Source of the DNA: Macrostomum lignano
Taxonomy: Eukaryota
Reading direction: 5' to 3'
DNA: 64,000 bases
Assembly (NCBI GenBank): GCA_002269645.1
Contig: NIVC01000045.1
Coordinates: forward strand, 124,001-188,000
The notes under the pieces were generated by a model that ran no database searches, had not been told where the DNA came from, and was given only the letters and a program-made list of their open reading frames with translations. The position numbers were made by a program, and so were the translations under genes. Within the stretch, counting starts at the first letter, position 1, and each line of letters begins with the position of its first letter. Positions 11,601-24,835 of the stretch are shown one piece after another.

Positions 11601-13411
11601 AGTGATGCAAAAGTCATTAATGATTACCATGGACCAAAATTTCCATACCGAGTCTGGAAACAAAGCGGTGGAAAGGTGAAGTACAAAAGTGTGTTTGAAC
11701 TAGTAAAAAAAGCAGACACCCCAGATCTCTTTGCAACTGACTGCATCTACGCACTGACGAATGAACAATGGAGGAACCCCATTTCCTCATGCTCAGTTGA
11801 GGACGGATATTCGCAAAACTGCGAAGCAGGCAGCTGCTGCCTGCAGTTATGTGGCTCCAGATGCAGGCCAAAATGGTCTTTACCAACTTCTCCGAGAGCA
11901 AAATTTTGGAGTCACACAGCGGCGTTTGCTCTTTTCCTTGGATTTTTCGGTTGGTACGTTCTGGATTTTCAGATCAGCTACAAAACACCTGAGGTTGACG
12001 CGCTTCTTGTAGCCTATCTTCTTTCTTTCTGCTTGCAAGAATGGGTTGAGTTCTGGCGACAGCGATCTGCAAAGGAGAATTGCAAAATTGGCAAGCATGT
12101 CAGACGGCTCAGAGCCTACTTTGTTGATTGGCTAAACATTTTCGATCTTCTCGCCATTTTTTTCCTGTCGGCCGGTTTGATAGCAAGATGGTTCTACTTT
12201 GGTTGGGGTTTCAAGGTGGAGGACGCCTATCCCAGTCAGATGCTCTTGAGCACCTCCTTTGCACTTTTCTGCTTTCGGTCCGTATCTTTTTTGAGTTATT
12301 TTGAAGGTATTGGACCCATGATCAGCATGCTTTGGAACCTGATAATCTTTGATCTGCTGCCTTTCTTGATGATTTTGTTCGTCATTTTCGGTTGTTTCGG
12401 GGTGTTTTTCACGTGCCTGTTGTTCTCCTTCGCCTGGGCTCCTGAAGCTCACGATGGCAACCCGTACTACCGATGGCAAGTCTTCATTCAGGCTGCCACT
12501 CTGCCGTTTAACTTGTTGTTCAACAACTTCGACCAGCTCGAGTTCAGTTCTTCTCCGGACAGCACAACGCTAGGAAAAGTCGCTATCAAACAAGGCCACG
12601 AGTGGTTTTACTATTTACTAATATTCATTTTCCTGGGCCTTGTGAATGTGGTGATGATGAACATGCTGATCGCGCTCTTCAATTTGCGAGTCACCCAAAT
12701 GTACGGCGTGGCTATCGGGATCTGGAGAAAGAGATCATTTGAGATGCTGCAAGAGTACCAAGAGATGTCTCTTTTTCCGCCACCATTTTCGTTTTTGGTG
12801 TACTTTTTCTTCAATTTTCCGACATTCGTTTACAGTAAATGTTGCAATCGCAAGAAGAATAAAGTAATTGCTGACAGCAATTCAAACAATGGTTCTGGTA
12901 ATATGAACGAAGATGATATGGTAAGTTTCATCAGATTTCGCTTCATAAATTTCTCAAACATTGAAGAAAATCTACGGCTACCTTTCTGTTTTTTTAGAAC
13001 GACAAAACGAAGAGATGGTGGCTGGACAAGAAAAGTTACCCCGCTGATTACACCAGGTTTTTGGCGTTCCAAGCGACTCAGTTTCGCCGTTGTCGCTCCC
13101 GCCTGCTGCGCGACACGCAGTGGAACAGAAACGATTTCGACGTCGTGAAGGCGCACACGGGCAACGAGCTGGCGGATTTTAAATTAGAGGTGCAGGAAAT
13201 GCTGGATAACCTGAAGCAGCATGGCAAGCATGAGCATGAAAGTGCTCATAAGTCGGCAGATAAGAGTGACGACTTGGAAAACCTCAAGCAGCGGATAGAT
13301 GATATCGATAAAAAATTGGAACAGCTGCTTGCCCTAGTAAGGCCTGACCGTGCAGTCGAAGTTCGGGGACAACTTAGTCCACCTACAATGGATTCGGGTC
13401 AGCAGCAGTAG
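8619..13411 (+). CDS. Ankyrin-repeat TRPM-like channel, paralog 2, apparently intact, 1571 aa; exons 8619..12920, 12998..13411
   Basis: Long ORF with about 15 ankyrin-like motifs (e.g. DSNGDTCAHWAA, NKKDETVLHLAA), the S1-S6 region and a TRP box (IWRKRSFEMLQEY..PPPF). Donor GTAAGT at 12921, acceptor TTTTTTTAG at 12997, phase 0, in frame with ORF 13061..13411. Upstream acceptor TTTTCAG at 8586. Confidence 0.92.
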
Positions 13412-14908
13412 CTCTTTTTAACTGATCACGCGGCCTAATTTGACCAGTTTGGCTATTAAAAACTTTTTTTATTTTCTAGAAATGCCATTATGTTAAAGCC
13501 ATAACTCAAATTTTAAGCCTATTTCAAATAGATCCCAAACGTTGAAGTCGTAAGAATCGCCTCATAATTAGAAGTACAAGCGACTATGGATATCGCCATA
13601 GATTTATGGTGGGGGGACAAAGGCAAAATTCTACATGACTAAATTTGAACATAAGTTTGGGAATGGGTGTTGTTAGCACTCATTTTTGGTGGTATTTTTT
13701 AGCGCATTGAAGCAAAAATATTGATTTCCGTGACGGTTCACAAGGTAGGGCGGGTGGGGGATAAAGCAGTGGCCCTGTTTTTAAAATTGCTAATTTATTT
13801 GCACTCTTTAACCTGCGTAGATTAACAGCACATATTTAACTTATTTTATCCAAAGTACTAAAATGAGCTGCTTGTATTTAGGTACGCTCGTATGCGATAG
13901 ATTTCAGAATTTTTTTTACTAAAAGTGTTGTCTTAAGTAATTTACGATTTTTCTTTGCGTCAAGTTTATCTTCTTAACTACGACCTTTATTAAGACCTAC
14001 GGATTACCCTTTGCTTTTTTGATTGATGCGCATTATATCTACGAATTGCCCCCCAGTTACCAAAGCGCAGAAATTAGCCATGGACATGTGCTTGCATGGA
14101 AGTTAAGATTTTGTATCCTATGCTTCACGGTATTTTGATTTTTGCGTCTATCTACTTACGTATATGATACGACTATTATTTACGACTCGTAAAATGGCTC
14201 ATGCCGCGTTCGTCATTGCCAATTCACTAAAATGAAATTTTGTGCTTTTTTACTATTAAAACAGTACAATCCCTTCGATATTGCTCCCATTATTGTACGC
14301 TTTTATTTTTTACAACGCCATATTATCTTAAAATTTCTTTTTCCTGAAGAAATCAAAATCAACCACGAGTTGATAAGAAACGATGTATATATCTAAATTT
14401 TTTATTCTTCTGCTAATCCAATGATTTTTTTTCATTTTTACTTACTTCGAGTACTTGCAGCTGCAAATTGTTCAAAAGTTCCCAACATCTCAGGTTGATT
14501 TTGTTGAGATGTATTGCTATGCAGATAATCACCGATTACTGATCTTTTCCACTTTCTAGAATATGGTCTACACTGGCTCTTGTTTTCTAGGGTACTACTG
14601 TCTGATTTTTTAGTGTCTGTTTATTTGATTCAGTATCTTTGCTGCCCTTTTAATAAAACAGATATTATTTAAGGACAATAAACCGTCTAATCGATTTTAA
14701 TCGATTTAAACTAACCTAGAACAGCTTAGTTACGGCTAGCTGCTTTTTGCGTTATTTCATCTCTTTCTGTTTGTCTTCACCTCCTGCCTTTGACATCAAT
14801 CCGGCCAATTAACTCGTAAAAAGAGAAACATTTTTTGCATTATCAAATAAAGATGCTCGTGTATTTCAGCTAGGGGCGTCACAATAATTTTTTGTTTGGG
14901 TACAGGTG

Positions 14909-15348
14909 CCAGCACCAGGGGCTTTAGCACCAGGGGCTTTAGCACCAGGGGCTTTAGCACCAGGGGCTTTAGCACCAGGGGCTTTAGCACCAGGGGCTTT
15001 AGCACCAGGGGCTTTAGCACCAGGGGCTTTAGCACCAGGGGCTTTAGCACCAGGGGCTTTAGCACCAGGGGCTTTAGCACCAGGGGCTTTAGCACCAGGG
15101 GCTTTAGCACCAGGGGCTTTAGCACCAGGGGCTTTAGCACCAGGGGCTTTAGCACCAGGGGCTTTAGCACCAGGGGCTTTAGCACCAGGGGCTTTAGCAC
15201 CAGGGGCTTTAGCACCAGGGGCTTTAGCACCAGGGGCTTTAGCACCAGGGGCTTTAGCACCAGGGGCGCCAGCACCAGGGGCGCCAGCACCAGGGGCGCC
15301 AGCACCAGGGGATTTAGCACCAGGGGCGCCAGCACCAGGGGATTTAGA
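14909..15348 (+). repeat. 15-bp minisatellite (AGCACCAGGGGCTTT)n
   Basis: Tandem array read directly; it generates the spurious GFSTR/ALAPG ORFs. Confidence 0.98.
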
Positions 15349-16142
15349 GAACCCCCCACAGAAAGTGTCAGAGGCCAGGAAAAAAATTTGGTCCTCAGAC
15401 ACTATCTTGGACTGGAAGGCTAACGGCAGACGGACAGCATGCATCCAGCTAGTGTGAAGAAATTGGATGATTAAATGATCGAAGTTTTTTTTATTTCATG
15501 CTGTAGGCGAAGTTTCAGCTCCTGAAATCCAGTTTCACACCCTGTTTAGCCTTTCAGGCACAATTCGAGGCATAATTTGGCGCTCCTAAAGTTGTCAGAC
15601 GTTAGACATACTGGTGCAACAACCTGCTTTTGCTTTCATTTGGTTTAGTTTTCGGTGGATAGACAAGGCAAAAGCATGCCTCCCCAGTCCTTCAACCTGG
15701 GGAATTTCTTTCTGGCTACTACATTTTTCGACGACCGTGAGGTCCAGCAGAGTGTACAATCGGCAGCTCTTGACTTACTTGACTCCATGGATGGTCGCTT
15801 GCCCGGTAGCCTGTAGCTAGCGGACGAGCTGGCAGAAATTTTCGGGTCTGGAAACGTCGGGAAGGTCCGAGTTTGGGCCGAAGAAGGTGAGCCTTTCTAG
15901 TCCTGATTAGAGGCCGGACATTCACAGATGAATGAGGCATTCCTAGCTACGGATTTTTCCTTGGAGTTAGAGCGATGCTTGGCAAAACAGCCATGGCCTG
16001 ATACAGGCCCCTGGTTAATGCCCTGATGTCTCGGGGGTTGAGTCAAAGCAGGGCCCTTCGGAGGGATTTTCTGGCAGTCAGAAGCGTTATCCCCTCGTTT
16101 CCTGTGCTTAGATTCAATCCAATAGTAATCAGAGTGGTGATA

Positions 16143-16390
16143 AAACCGACAGCTCAGCCGTAGCTATTGCGTGCGGCTGTTCAGTCCAAGGACTTGGGGG
16201 GTCGCCACACACACATCCTCAATTACCCCAGCTAATCCTGGCACCCATTTTACAGCTGGGTGAACTGAAGCAATGCAGAGTTAAGTGTTTTGCTCAAGGA
16301 CACAATTTTTTTCGAGTAAAGGTCGAAAATCGAACCTCCGACCTTTCAGTCGTAGTCAGACTCTCTAACCGCTAGGCTACGGCATAATCC
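16143..16390 (-). mobile_element. tRNA-derived CORE-type SINE
   Basis: The minus strand has A-box (TAGCCTAGCGG) and B-box (GGTTCGATT) motifs. The body CCCATTTTACAGCTGGGTGAACTGAAGCAATGCAGAGTTAAGTG..GCTCAAGGACACA resembles the MIR/CORE domain. Three more copies occur in the window. Confidence 0.8.
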
Positions 16391-17981
16391 CATTTTTAGT
16401 TGAAATCGTTTTTGCTTGTTAAAATCAGTAAACACCGAAAAATACTTAGAAAGGCTTTAAATAGGGACTTAATAATAAGATTATTTTTAGCTATACTATT
16501 TCTGGGCAAGCGTTAAAAACTGCCAAAACTAATTAAACCTGCAGGATCAATAAGATAGACTTGAGCAAGCATAGTGGCACAACAACATGCTTCTAGAATT
16601 GTACTCATTTCATTCCTTCATTTTCTATTTTACCTGCCTGGTGTGATGTGAGGGGTAGAGAGGGGTAGAGAAATATCTTACCCTCTGCCCTTAGCTAGTT
16701 AGTTTTTTTACAGAGGCGCGCTGCATCTTCGCAAAATGAGTTCGAACTTAAGACTCTATATCTCGAGGGTCGAGAGCCCGCCAGTGCAACTCATCTTCAT
16801 TCAAAATGGCGCCACTTGCCTGCACTTCTGTACAATTGTTTTTTTATAAAAAAAATAATAGCCGACACCCGGTGCCGCGGTGAAACGATAAAAGACAAGG
16901 CAGCTGTAATTGCGAGTGGCTGGCGCTAGGTATTCAAGCTGGAATCTGCATGCAGTCTGCGCTCTCATTTATTTTGGTAAGATATCTTTCAATAAATTTT
17001 GGAAACGTACAGCTTGTAATAGTCATATTTCTTACTACAATAAGTTGTTAATCCACCTCTCTTGAATGTCTGAAAATTTTCGCACCCCCGGTTTCCATTG
17101 ATCTCAAAAGAATGAGCAAAATCTACGAAACTTTCCAATCTTTATTGTGTACTTTTGTTTGATTTCATTACTTTCATTGATTTCATTGCAGTGTTAATCC
17201 GGCATTAATTCCAATAACATCAAATCGGTTCATTTACAGAAATACTTGACGCAAGGACTTCTAGTGGTCCTTGACTTGACGACTCGCTGAAGCTGAAGCG
17301 GCTGAGAAGGTGAGTAAATGAAGCATCAAGTTCATACCTGTATCCACATTTATCATCATATAATAGAAAGTTAAATATAAAATTTTGTCTAAGTACAGTA
17401 TTGCCTCTATGCCACAACAAACGCAATTTAAGATTGCGCCTTATACAGACGCTCTAGAAAAAGAACATTTTCGACTAGTTATAGCAAAAGAACTTTATCT
17501 AAAAATTCCAAACACTGAATCATCTACTGAACTTCTTTTTTTCGTACAGCCATTGCAAGATTTGTACAGCGCTGAATAGGTTTTTTGCCATAGACAATTC
17601 ATTTGAAAAAATCGACAAAAGTCATCTAGAAGATTTGATCGAAATTTATAAGTATACCAGTAAAATTTCGACAAACTTCTCTTCAGAAAGTTAGCATTTC
17701 TAAAGGTCTAGAACTGTCTATTAACTTCTCAAATTAGTTCTGTTTAATTCTGAACAAATGAATGCGACTAAGCCTGTCGACGTTTTGGAGTGGCTCCTGT
17801 TGAACAAAACAAAAAACAGAATTCCTCAAATATTTCGATTGATTTTTATTCGCATGTTTGTCTGTTATCTGTAAAATCAATAATTACCAAACAGACAGTA
17901 TTTTTGCTATGGAGTATTAATATGGTAATGTAATTGACTTCACCTGCCCCAATTGGGCCAAGTATGCAACAGACGGCTATT

Positions 17982-18168
17982 GAGGCTGTATAGGGCTGTG
18001 CAGTCCATGGACTGGAAAGTCTCAGCTAATGCTGGCACCCATTTTACAGTTGGGTGAACTGAAGCAATGCAGAGTTAAGTGTCTTCGCTAATGACACAAA
18101 ATGTTCCGAGTAGGTAAAGAATCGAACCCCCGACCTTCAAGTCGTGAACCAAAAAGCTACAACCCCTA
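17982..18168 (-). mobile_element. CORE-type SINE, partial copy
   Basis: Same CORE-like body and GAATCGAACCC B-box complement as the 16.1 kb copy, with internal deletions. Confidence 0.75.
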
Positions 18169-18761
18169 TGGAGTATATACTCGTACATCTACGAGTGCAT
18201 CAAAGCACTAAAATCAACTCAATATGATTGGCCACAGTCATTAAATTCAAAATTGTTGACTCCAGCCACGTACGACACCTGTTAGCCAGGCTCTCGAATT
18301 TCTCAAATTATTAATATATTAATACCCATGCTTTGATGGCGTTAAAGCTCAAAGCATGGGTGTTAATACCCATTAACGCCCGCAATTATGTACTATTAAC
18401 CGCCCGGAATTTGCGGGCATTTATTGCAGTTTAAACCATGGACATATATGCTTCACTTATTTTTCCAATGTGTCCATTCGAGTCAGCGGGCCTTAATCGA
18501 GTCTATGACATTGTCCAGAAGACACAGCCTGGCGTAATGACAAACTCAACTGGCCATTATTTCAGCTACTTCTCGTCAGCTCAAGCCTATTATCAGCTTA
18601 TTCAGTTATAGTCTATGGCCCAACAGCTTTTTTATTTATAGTCTATGGCCCAAATACCGCCCTCTTTACGCAGTCGCACGCACGCAGACTCTTACCCTGA
18701 AATAATGACCGCTTCCGGCACGCTGAAATAATGGCCAGGCTGTGTCTTATAGACAATGACG

Positions 18762-18869
18762 TTGCGTAGTAGGTAAGGGGCTGAAATAATGGCCATAGAC
18801 ACTCGTGCGCTACGCCCGCTACGCGCACTCGTGTTTGGCCATTATTTCAGCCCCTTACCTACTACGCAA
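18762..18869. repeat. Hairpin with perfect 34-bp arms
   Basis: TTGCGTAGTAGGTAAGGGGCTGAAATAATGGCCA ... TGGCCATTATTTCAGCCCCTTACCTACTACGCAA around a GC-rich core. Confidence 0.9.
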
Positions 18870-18956
18870 TCTACCAATATCGGGCACAATTATTGGCCCG
18901 CTGGGCAAAAGGGTCATGGTACAATGTAAATACCTACAATTTTCATTGATAAATTA

Positions 18957-19620
18957 CACCTTTTCTCGTTCAATTGCAACAACACAACAGTTCTTTGTAG
19001 ACAAGACGATATTCTATTTAGACACTCTAAGGTTTGGAGCACAGTTCCAAGCATTCAAATTAGACAAACTGAAATTCTTTTTAGCCAGTGAATATTCAGT
19101 TTAGACTGATAAAAGTGGATAAAAGTGTCATATATGGGTGTTGGCACATTCAATTTAAACAGCCAGCATTCATTTTAGACACCAAGCACAAGGCTCACCT
19201 CTCCCAACTTCCCCAAAGATAACTTTTAAAAGTTCACACAAAAAATCTACTTAGCAAATTTTATAAGAAAAAGATGGCCGCTGTGGTACATGTAGAAGAT
19301 GAAGAGGAGATTATCAAATTATCGAAGAGATTGGAGAAGACGAAGAAGAGCTCGACGATGTAGAAGAAGGGGTTGAAGAAGAACAAGACCGACGAGGGCC
19401 CTATAGGAGAATATCCAATGAGGATCGAGCTGGTGAGGATTTTGTTTTCTTGGTGGAGAGGATGGGAATCAAAAGAACTGCGGCATATTCCATCGTTCGA
19501 TCGGGAAGAAGAGAAAAGCGATCAAAGGGCGGCAGAACATACGCTAAGTTTGACGCGCAGATGTTGCAGTTCTGCTCCGAAATTCTGGAAGAATTCTTGT
19601 TCTGTATATCTGTCTCTTTA

Positions 19621-19696
<76 letters not shown>

Positions 19697-20033
19697 TCAT
19701 TTGCTTTTAAATAAAAAACAGTAAAAAAACGACTCAAATGGTGATTTAAAAGAAGCGACAGGTTTTTAGGTTCGTACACGTTTTTAGCCAGTCCAGCCAT
19801 TTCCTTGTGACGAAATAGAATGTTGCTAAATTGAATGACAGTTTGTTTGCAAGCAGTAACTTGTAACTAAAATTTAAGTATGTGTCTAAACTGAATATTC
19901 ACTGGCTAAAAAGAATTTCAGTTTGTCTAATTTGAATGCTTGGAGCTATGCTCAAATTCCTAGAGTGTCTAAATAGAATATCATCTTGTCTAAAAATAAC
20001 TGTTGTTTTGTTGAAATTGAACGAGAAAAGGTG
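18957..20033 (+). mobile_element. Non-autonomous Tc1/mariner(IS630)-like DNA transposon, ~150-bp TIRs, TA TSD
   Basis: The TIR ends CACCTTTTCTCGTT / AACGAGAAAAGGTG are flanked by TA on both sides, and the inverted match extends to ~19105/~19884. An internal HTH-like transposase relic (ERMGIKRTAAYSIVRSGRREKRSKGGRTYAKFD) is followed by a (CT)n tract. Confidence 0.85.
19619..19696 (+). repeat. (CT)n microsatellite inside the Tc1-like element
   Basis: Direct reading. Confidence 0.98.
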
Positions 20034-20124
20034 TAGCTGTTGGAAAATAAATATGCAACCAGTTTTCTATTCTGTTCATTTTCAGGTCTGCACTTCCGCT
20101 CAACGGTATCCACAGCTTCTCGGA

Positions 20125-23100
20125 ATGTCGGAAGCTGACTACAAGAAAAGCACAAACGAGGACCTTTGTTGGCTCAAAAGTGCCACTGAAGAACAGGTAG
20201 ACGACAATCCGAACAAAGAGTTGCTCCTTGTCGCTAGAAAGTATGACTTTATCAAGGTCCGTAAAATTTTAAGTGAAGAGAGTACGGATCTGCAACTCCT
20301 GATGGATGACAATCTTAGAACTGGCGCTCACTATGCAGCCATGCATCAAGATGGAGAAGAGGCACTCGCTGAAATTGTTCAGAGGTTTGGAACGGCCTGC
20401 CTCGTGAGTCCTGACGTTGACAAAATAACTCCTTTGCACTTGTCAGCCTGCTATCATTCGGCTCAGTCTTGGGAGAAAAATTTTCAAGGCGTCCCATCGG
20501 TCCGTTTATATCAACTGAGAGACTCCAACGGCAACACGTGCGCCCACTGGGCTGCTCAAAACTCAAAAGATTGTACAATGGTGCTAACCGTAAATAACCA
20601 GGCTTCCGGAATTTGCTGGAAGTTGAGAAATAATGGACATGAAACTGTATTTCATCACGTACTTCAGTATTGCCAAGACAGAAACGTTCTCAAAAATATT
20701 CTAGATTGCATTGCAAAGACGAGTGGCATCCTTGGTGAAAAAGATGCGGCGGGAAATACGGCAGCACACTTTGCAGCCAAAAGCAAAATAGATGCTATCG
20801 AATATGTGCAAGAGAAATGGATGAAAAGACAAAACAATTGGTTAGTATCAACGAACAGAAAGAAGGAAACAGTTCTACACTTGGCACTGATGCATTGTAG
20901 CGAGGAGTTGGCGAAGAGGCTGCTTGAGCAGTATTATTTACCGCCTCATTGGTGCGAATTGAGAGACAATCAGGGCAACACCTCTCTGCACGTACTGGCT
21001 CAGTGCCAAGGAAGAGATGCAGTGCTCCTAAAAGCTGTAGAAGTTGCGTCAAGGCAGAGTCAGAAGCAATCTTTCCAGAACCAAGATTTGGAGGCACGCC
21101 AAGTTCAGGCACAAAGATTACGTCCTCGAAAGCAAGACATGAGTAAAGCTCCTGGTTTTTTATCCACAGATTTGCCAGGAATTCAATCTGCAAAGTTTGT
21201 AGACGAATCCAGCTATTTGCTTGCCCAAAACAAGCGCAAATCCACTGTTCTTCACTACGCTGTTGAAAATTGTCAGTTGGAAACTGTTAAAGAACTTCTT
21301 GCTAAAATAAAGAAGTTTCGCCACCTTTTGATTGCCGACAAAGCCGGCAACACAATTCTCCACATTGCTGCTAAAAGAAAGGACAAAGCCAAAATGTTCA
21401 ATCTTCTAATTGAAAAATTTGAAACTAAAATGGAGAGACAATTAGTCAAGATTATAAGCAAGAGAAACAACAAAAATCAATCGGTGCTTCACCTGGCAAT
21501 CGATGTATTCGATTCTGCTGATTCCGAGAATTACCCAGAAGCTACCAAAGAGAATTTTAAAAAGCTCAGTATTGAGAATCTCTTAAAAGCGATGTCAGAG
21601 CAAGAGCAAGAGCAAGAGCTCAAGCTCGTCGACAAAGCAGGAAACACGCTGCTGCATTCGCTGATGCAGAGCCAACTCACCTATGATGGAGTCGAACAGC
21701 ACATTTTGGATAGATTCAAGTTGCTCGTCAGTATGGGAGTCGATGTGAAAGCTGTAAACAACCTCAATCTGAACTGCCTACACGCGACAAAACTCGATGC
21801 TTCAGTTTTGTGCAAGTTGCTGTCAAAAGAAGAAGCAGCAACGCTCTTTGAGGTTCTGTTAGTTAATTCAGCCACAGGTGCTCACATCATCCACACTTTC
21901 TCAGGCCAATACGATCTACAGCAGTTGAGCAGTCTTCAAGGCGGGCAGACAATGCTGGATGTGATTGCAAAAGTATCAAAAACTCATAAAGACATTCTCA
22001 TCAAGAAGAGAGTCAATCCGCAATCTTGCGAAAACGCAGAGCATGGAGAGACATGCTTGCACTTTGCTTGCGCTTACGGACATCAGGAAAACATTCATTT
22101 TCTGCTGTGGAGTGGTCTGAGCCTTTGGTCGGAGTCCCATGCAGGACAGACTTGCGTTGACTACGCCTATGAAAATGGAAATTTCTACGACCTTGTTCAA
22201 GCTGTTCGGGGATACAATGATGCATGCAGATTCAATAACGACCAGAATTCTTCTGCTGAGGTGAGTTCAGATCTAATTGATGTTCCAACCACTCACAAAG
22301 AGATCAGAATGGTCGACGTATTGTGTCTCCTAGATCCGCCTCAAAGAGCGCTAGCGCTGCCTGACAGGCAAGCTGCGAGAACGACTTTGGTGTCGATAAC
22401 GAACGACTATGGAACTACAAGGCGACAAAAGCAATTTACAAGGGGCGCTGATACGAAAAAGCAAAAAACGGACAAGATGGTTCTGATCAGAGCACTCGAA
22501 ATGGACTCCAAAAAAATATTTCGCGCTGCTCTTAGCTTAAACATGCTGACAAATGCAACAGAAGCACTATTTACAGAATATTTCATCGAAACCCTGATCA
22601 CAGAAGAAGACATCCGAAAAGCCTTCTCACGACAGAACATGTTCAAGAATATGCCTCACGTTGATGCAGCCACCTCGGAATTGGCACTGATAGACTTGGC
22701 CGCGTTTTTCTACCGCGACGAGATCCTACCCGATCTGATTCTGACTCGACAGTTTGAGCTGATTCCGTGCTGCCTCAGCTTGCTCATCCAGCTTGGTCCC
22801 GAAATCATCAAGATGCGAGCCAAGGCAAAAGGCAAGCATGAGCAGCTGCTGCAACTGCAGAAGAAAGTCACAAACATTGCAATGAACGCGCTGAATGAGC
22901 TGTTTATTAACGCTAACAGCATCGAAAGCGAGCTGCTCTTCAAGTACATTAGAGGAGAAATGAAAAATCTGCAATTAAGCAGCGAAAACGGAGCAGCTGC
23001 AGAATGTAACAAGTCTTCGGGGCCAAAATTTCCATATCGAGTCTCAGATGGATACAATGATCAGATAAAATATGGCAGCGTGCTTGACCTTGTCAAACAA

Positions 23101-24835
23101 GCCGACAACCCAGATCTGTTTGCCACTGACTGCATCTATTCTTTGACCAAAGAAGAGTGGAGGAAGCCTATTTATGAGTGTTCAAGGGAGCAAACGAATT
23201 CTCAAAGCTGTTGCGCCAGCCTGTGCAGCTTTTCGTACAGACCGAAAATTTCAAAACCCGAGTCACCAAAGGCAAAGTTCTGGATCCACACTGTCGCATT
23301 CGTTGTGTTCCTTGGATTCTTCGGCTGGTACATTCTGAACTTCCAGAGAAGCTTTCCGCTGCCAGAAGTTGATGCACTTCTTGTAGCGTATCTTCTTTCT
23401 TTCGGCTTGCAAGAAGCAACTAAAATCTGGAGACAACGCAAAGCAAGAGAAAATTGCAAGATCGGTTCACATGTATGGTGCGTTCCTGCCTACATGGTTG
23501 ACTGGCTAAATATTTTTGACCTACTGGCCATTGTGCTAATGCTGGTTGGTCTGATCGCACGGTGGTTCTACTATGGGATGGGTTTCAAGGTGGAGGACGC
23601 CTATCCTAGCCAAATGATTTTGAGCACGTCCTTTTCTCTTTTCTGCTTTCGCTCAGTTTCGCTTCTAAGTTACTTCGAAGCCGTCGGACCAATGATCAAC
23701 ATGCTGTCAAGTCTAATTTTTTATGACTTGCTGCCATTTTTGACAATCTTGTTTGTCATTTTCAGTTGCTTCGGCGTATTTTTCACTTGTCTGTTGTTTT
23801 CCTTTGCCTGGAATCCTGAAGCTCACGTTGGAAATCCGTACAATGGATGGCAAATGTTCATTCAGGCTGCCACCCTGCCGTTCAACTTGTTGTTCGGCAA
23901 CTTCGACCTGATCGAATTCACTTATTCTCCAGACAGCACAAAGCTAGGAAAGGTTGCCATCAAGGAAGGCTATGAATGGTTTTATCATTTGCTAGTATTC
24001 ATTTTCATGGGCCTGGTAAATGTGGTTATGATGAACCTGCTGATCGCGCTCTTCAACTTGCGAGTCACTCAAATTTATGGCGTGGCCACCGGGATTTGGA
24101 GAAAGAGGTACTTTCAGATGCTGCAGGAGTACCAGACACTTACTACAATTCCACCGCCTTTCAGCTTTCTGAAGTACATTTTCAACATTCTGCAGTTCGT
24201 ATTTTCGCACTGTTGTAAGGGCTGTGGCGCCAAGAATTCAATTTCCAATGAAAATAATTTCGACGCCGATAATGTGAGTTAATTAAATGCCTATTTTTGG
24301 ATTTTCGCCGCCGTTGTATATAAAATTAAAACAAACCTTTGCAAGCCTTTTCATTATCCTTTAGGCGAACACGTCCGATTGTTGGTGGCAGGACAAAAGA
24401 AGCTATACTGCCGAATACAATCGTTTCCTGGAGTTCCAGGCCATTCAGTTCCGTCGGTGCCGCTCCCGCCTGCTGCGAGACACCCAGTGGAACAGAAACG
24501 ATTTCGATGTGGTGAAGGCGCACGCAGCAAATGAGCTGTCGGATTTGAAGTCGGAGTTGCTAGAGATGCTTGAAGAAGCAAAACAGCACGGTAAAAACAG
24601 CTACCGCAAGCAGGACTCGCTGTCCCAAGCAAGTACCATGGAACCGGAGCCGCGTGTGCCCAGAAAATTATCTGATACCGACAACAATCAAAAGCTGCTT
24701 AAAGAGCTGAAGGAACAATACCGAAAAATTGAAGACAAAATGCATCGACAAAGGAGGCGAATGAAAGGCATGGAGTCGAAGCTGGATCAGCTACTGGCTC
24801 TTGTTAATCAGCAGCCTCATCACTTATCAAAATGA
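20125..24835 (+). CDS. Ankyrin-repeat TRPM-like channel, paralog 3, apparently intact, 1539 aa; exons 20125..24273, 24365..24835
   Basis: ORF collinear with paralog 2. The likely start is ATG 20125 (MSEADYKK), after acceptor TTTTCAG at 20085. Donor GTGAGT at 24274, acceptor TTTAG at 24364, phase 0, in frame with ORF 24509..24835. Confidence 0.92.

Noticed and set aside
12921-13148. C-terminal extension of the 1509-aa ORF (and the similar tails of ORFs 21..2558, 19936..24282, 36571..37344)
   Set aside because: These read through the conserved intron; the spliced frame gives the motif shared by all paralogs.
14796-15457. Four overlapping repetitive ORFs (GFSTR, ALAPG, PLVLK, AKAPG)
   Set aside because: All arise from a stop-free 15-bp tandem repeat.
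18322-18366. Short inverted repeat TTAATACCCATGCTTTGA..TCAAAGCATGGGTGTTAA
   Set aside because: Too short and isolated to assign to an element.
19936-20124. 63-aa N-terminal extension of paralog 3
   Set aside because: It lies in the Tc1-like TIR and upstream of the acceptor; there is no counterpart in paralogs 2 and 4.
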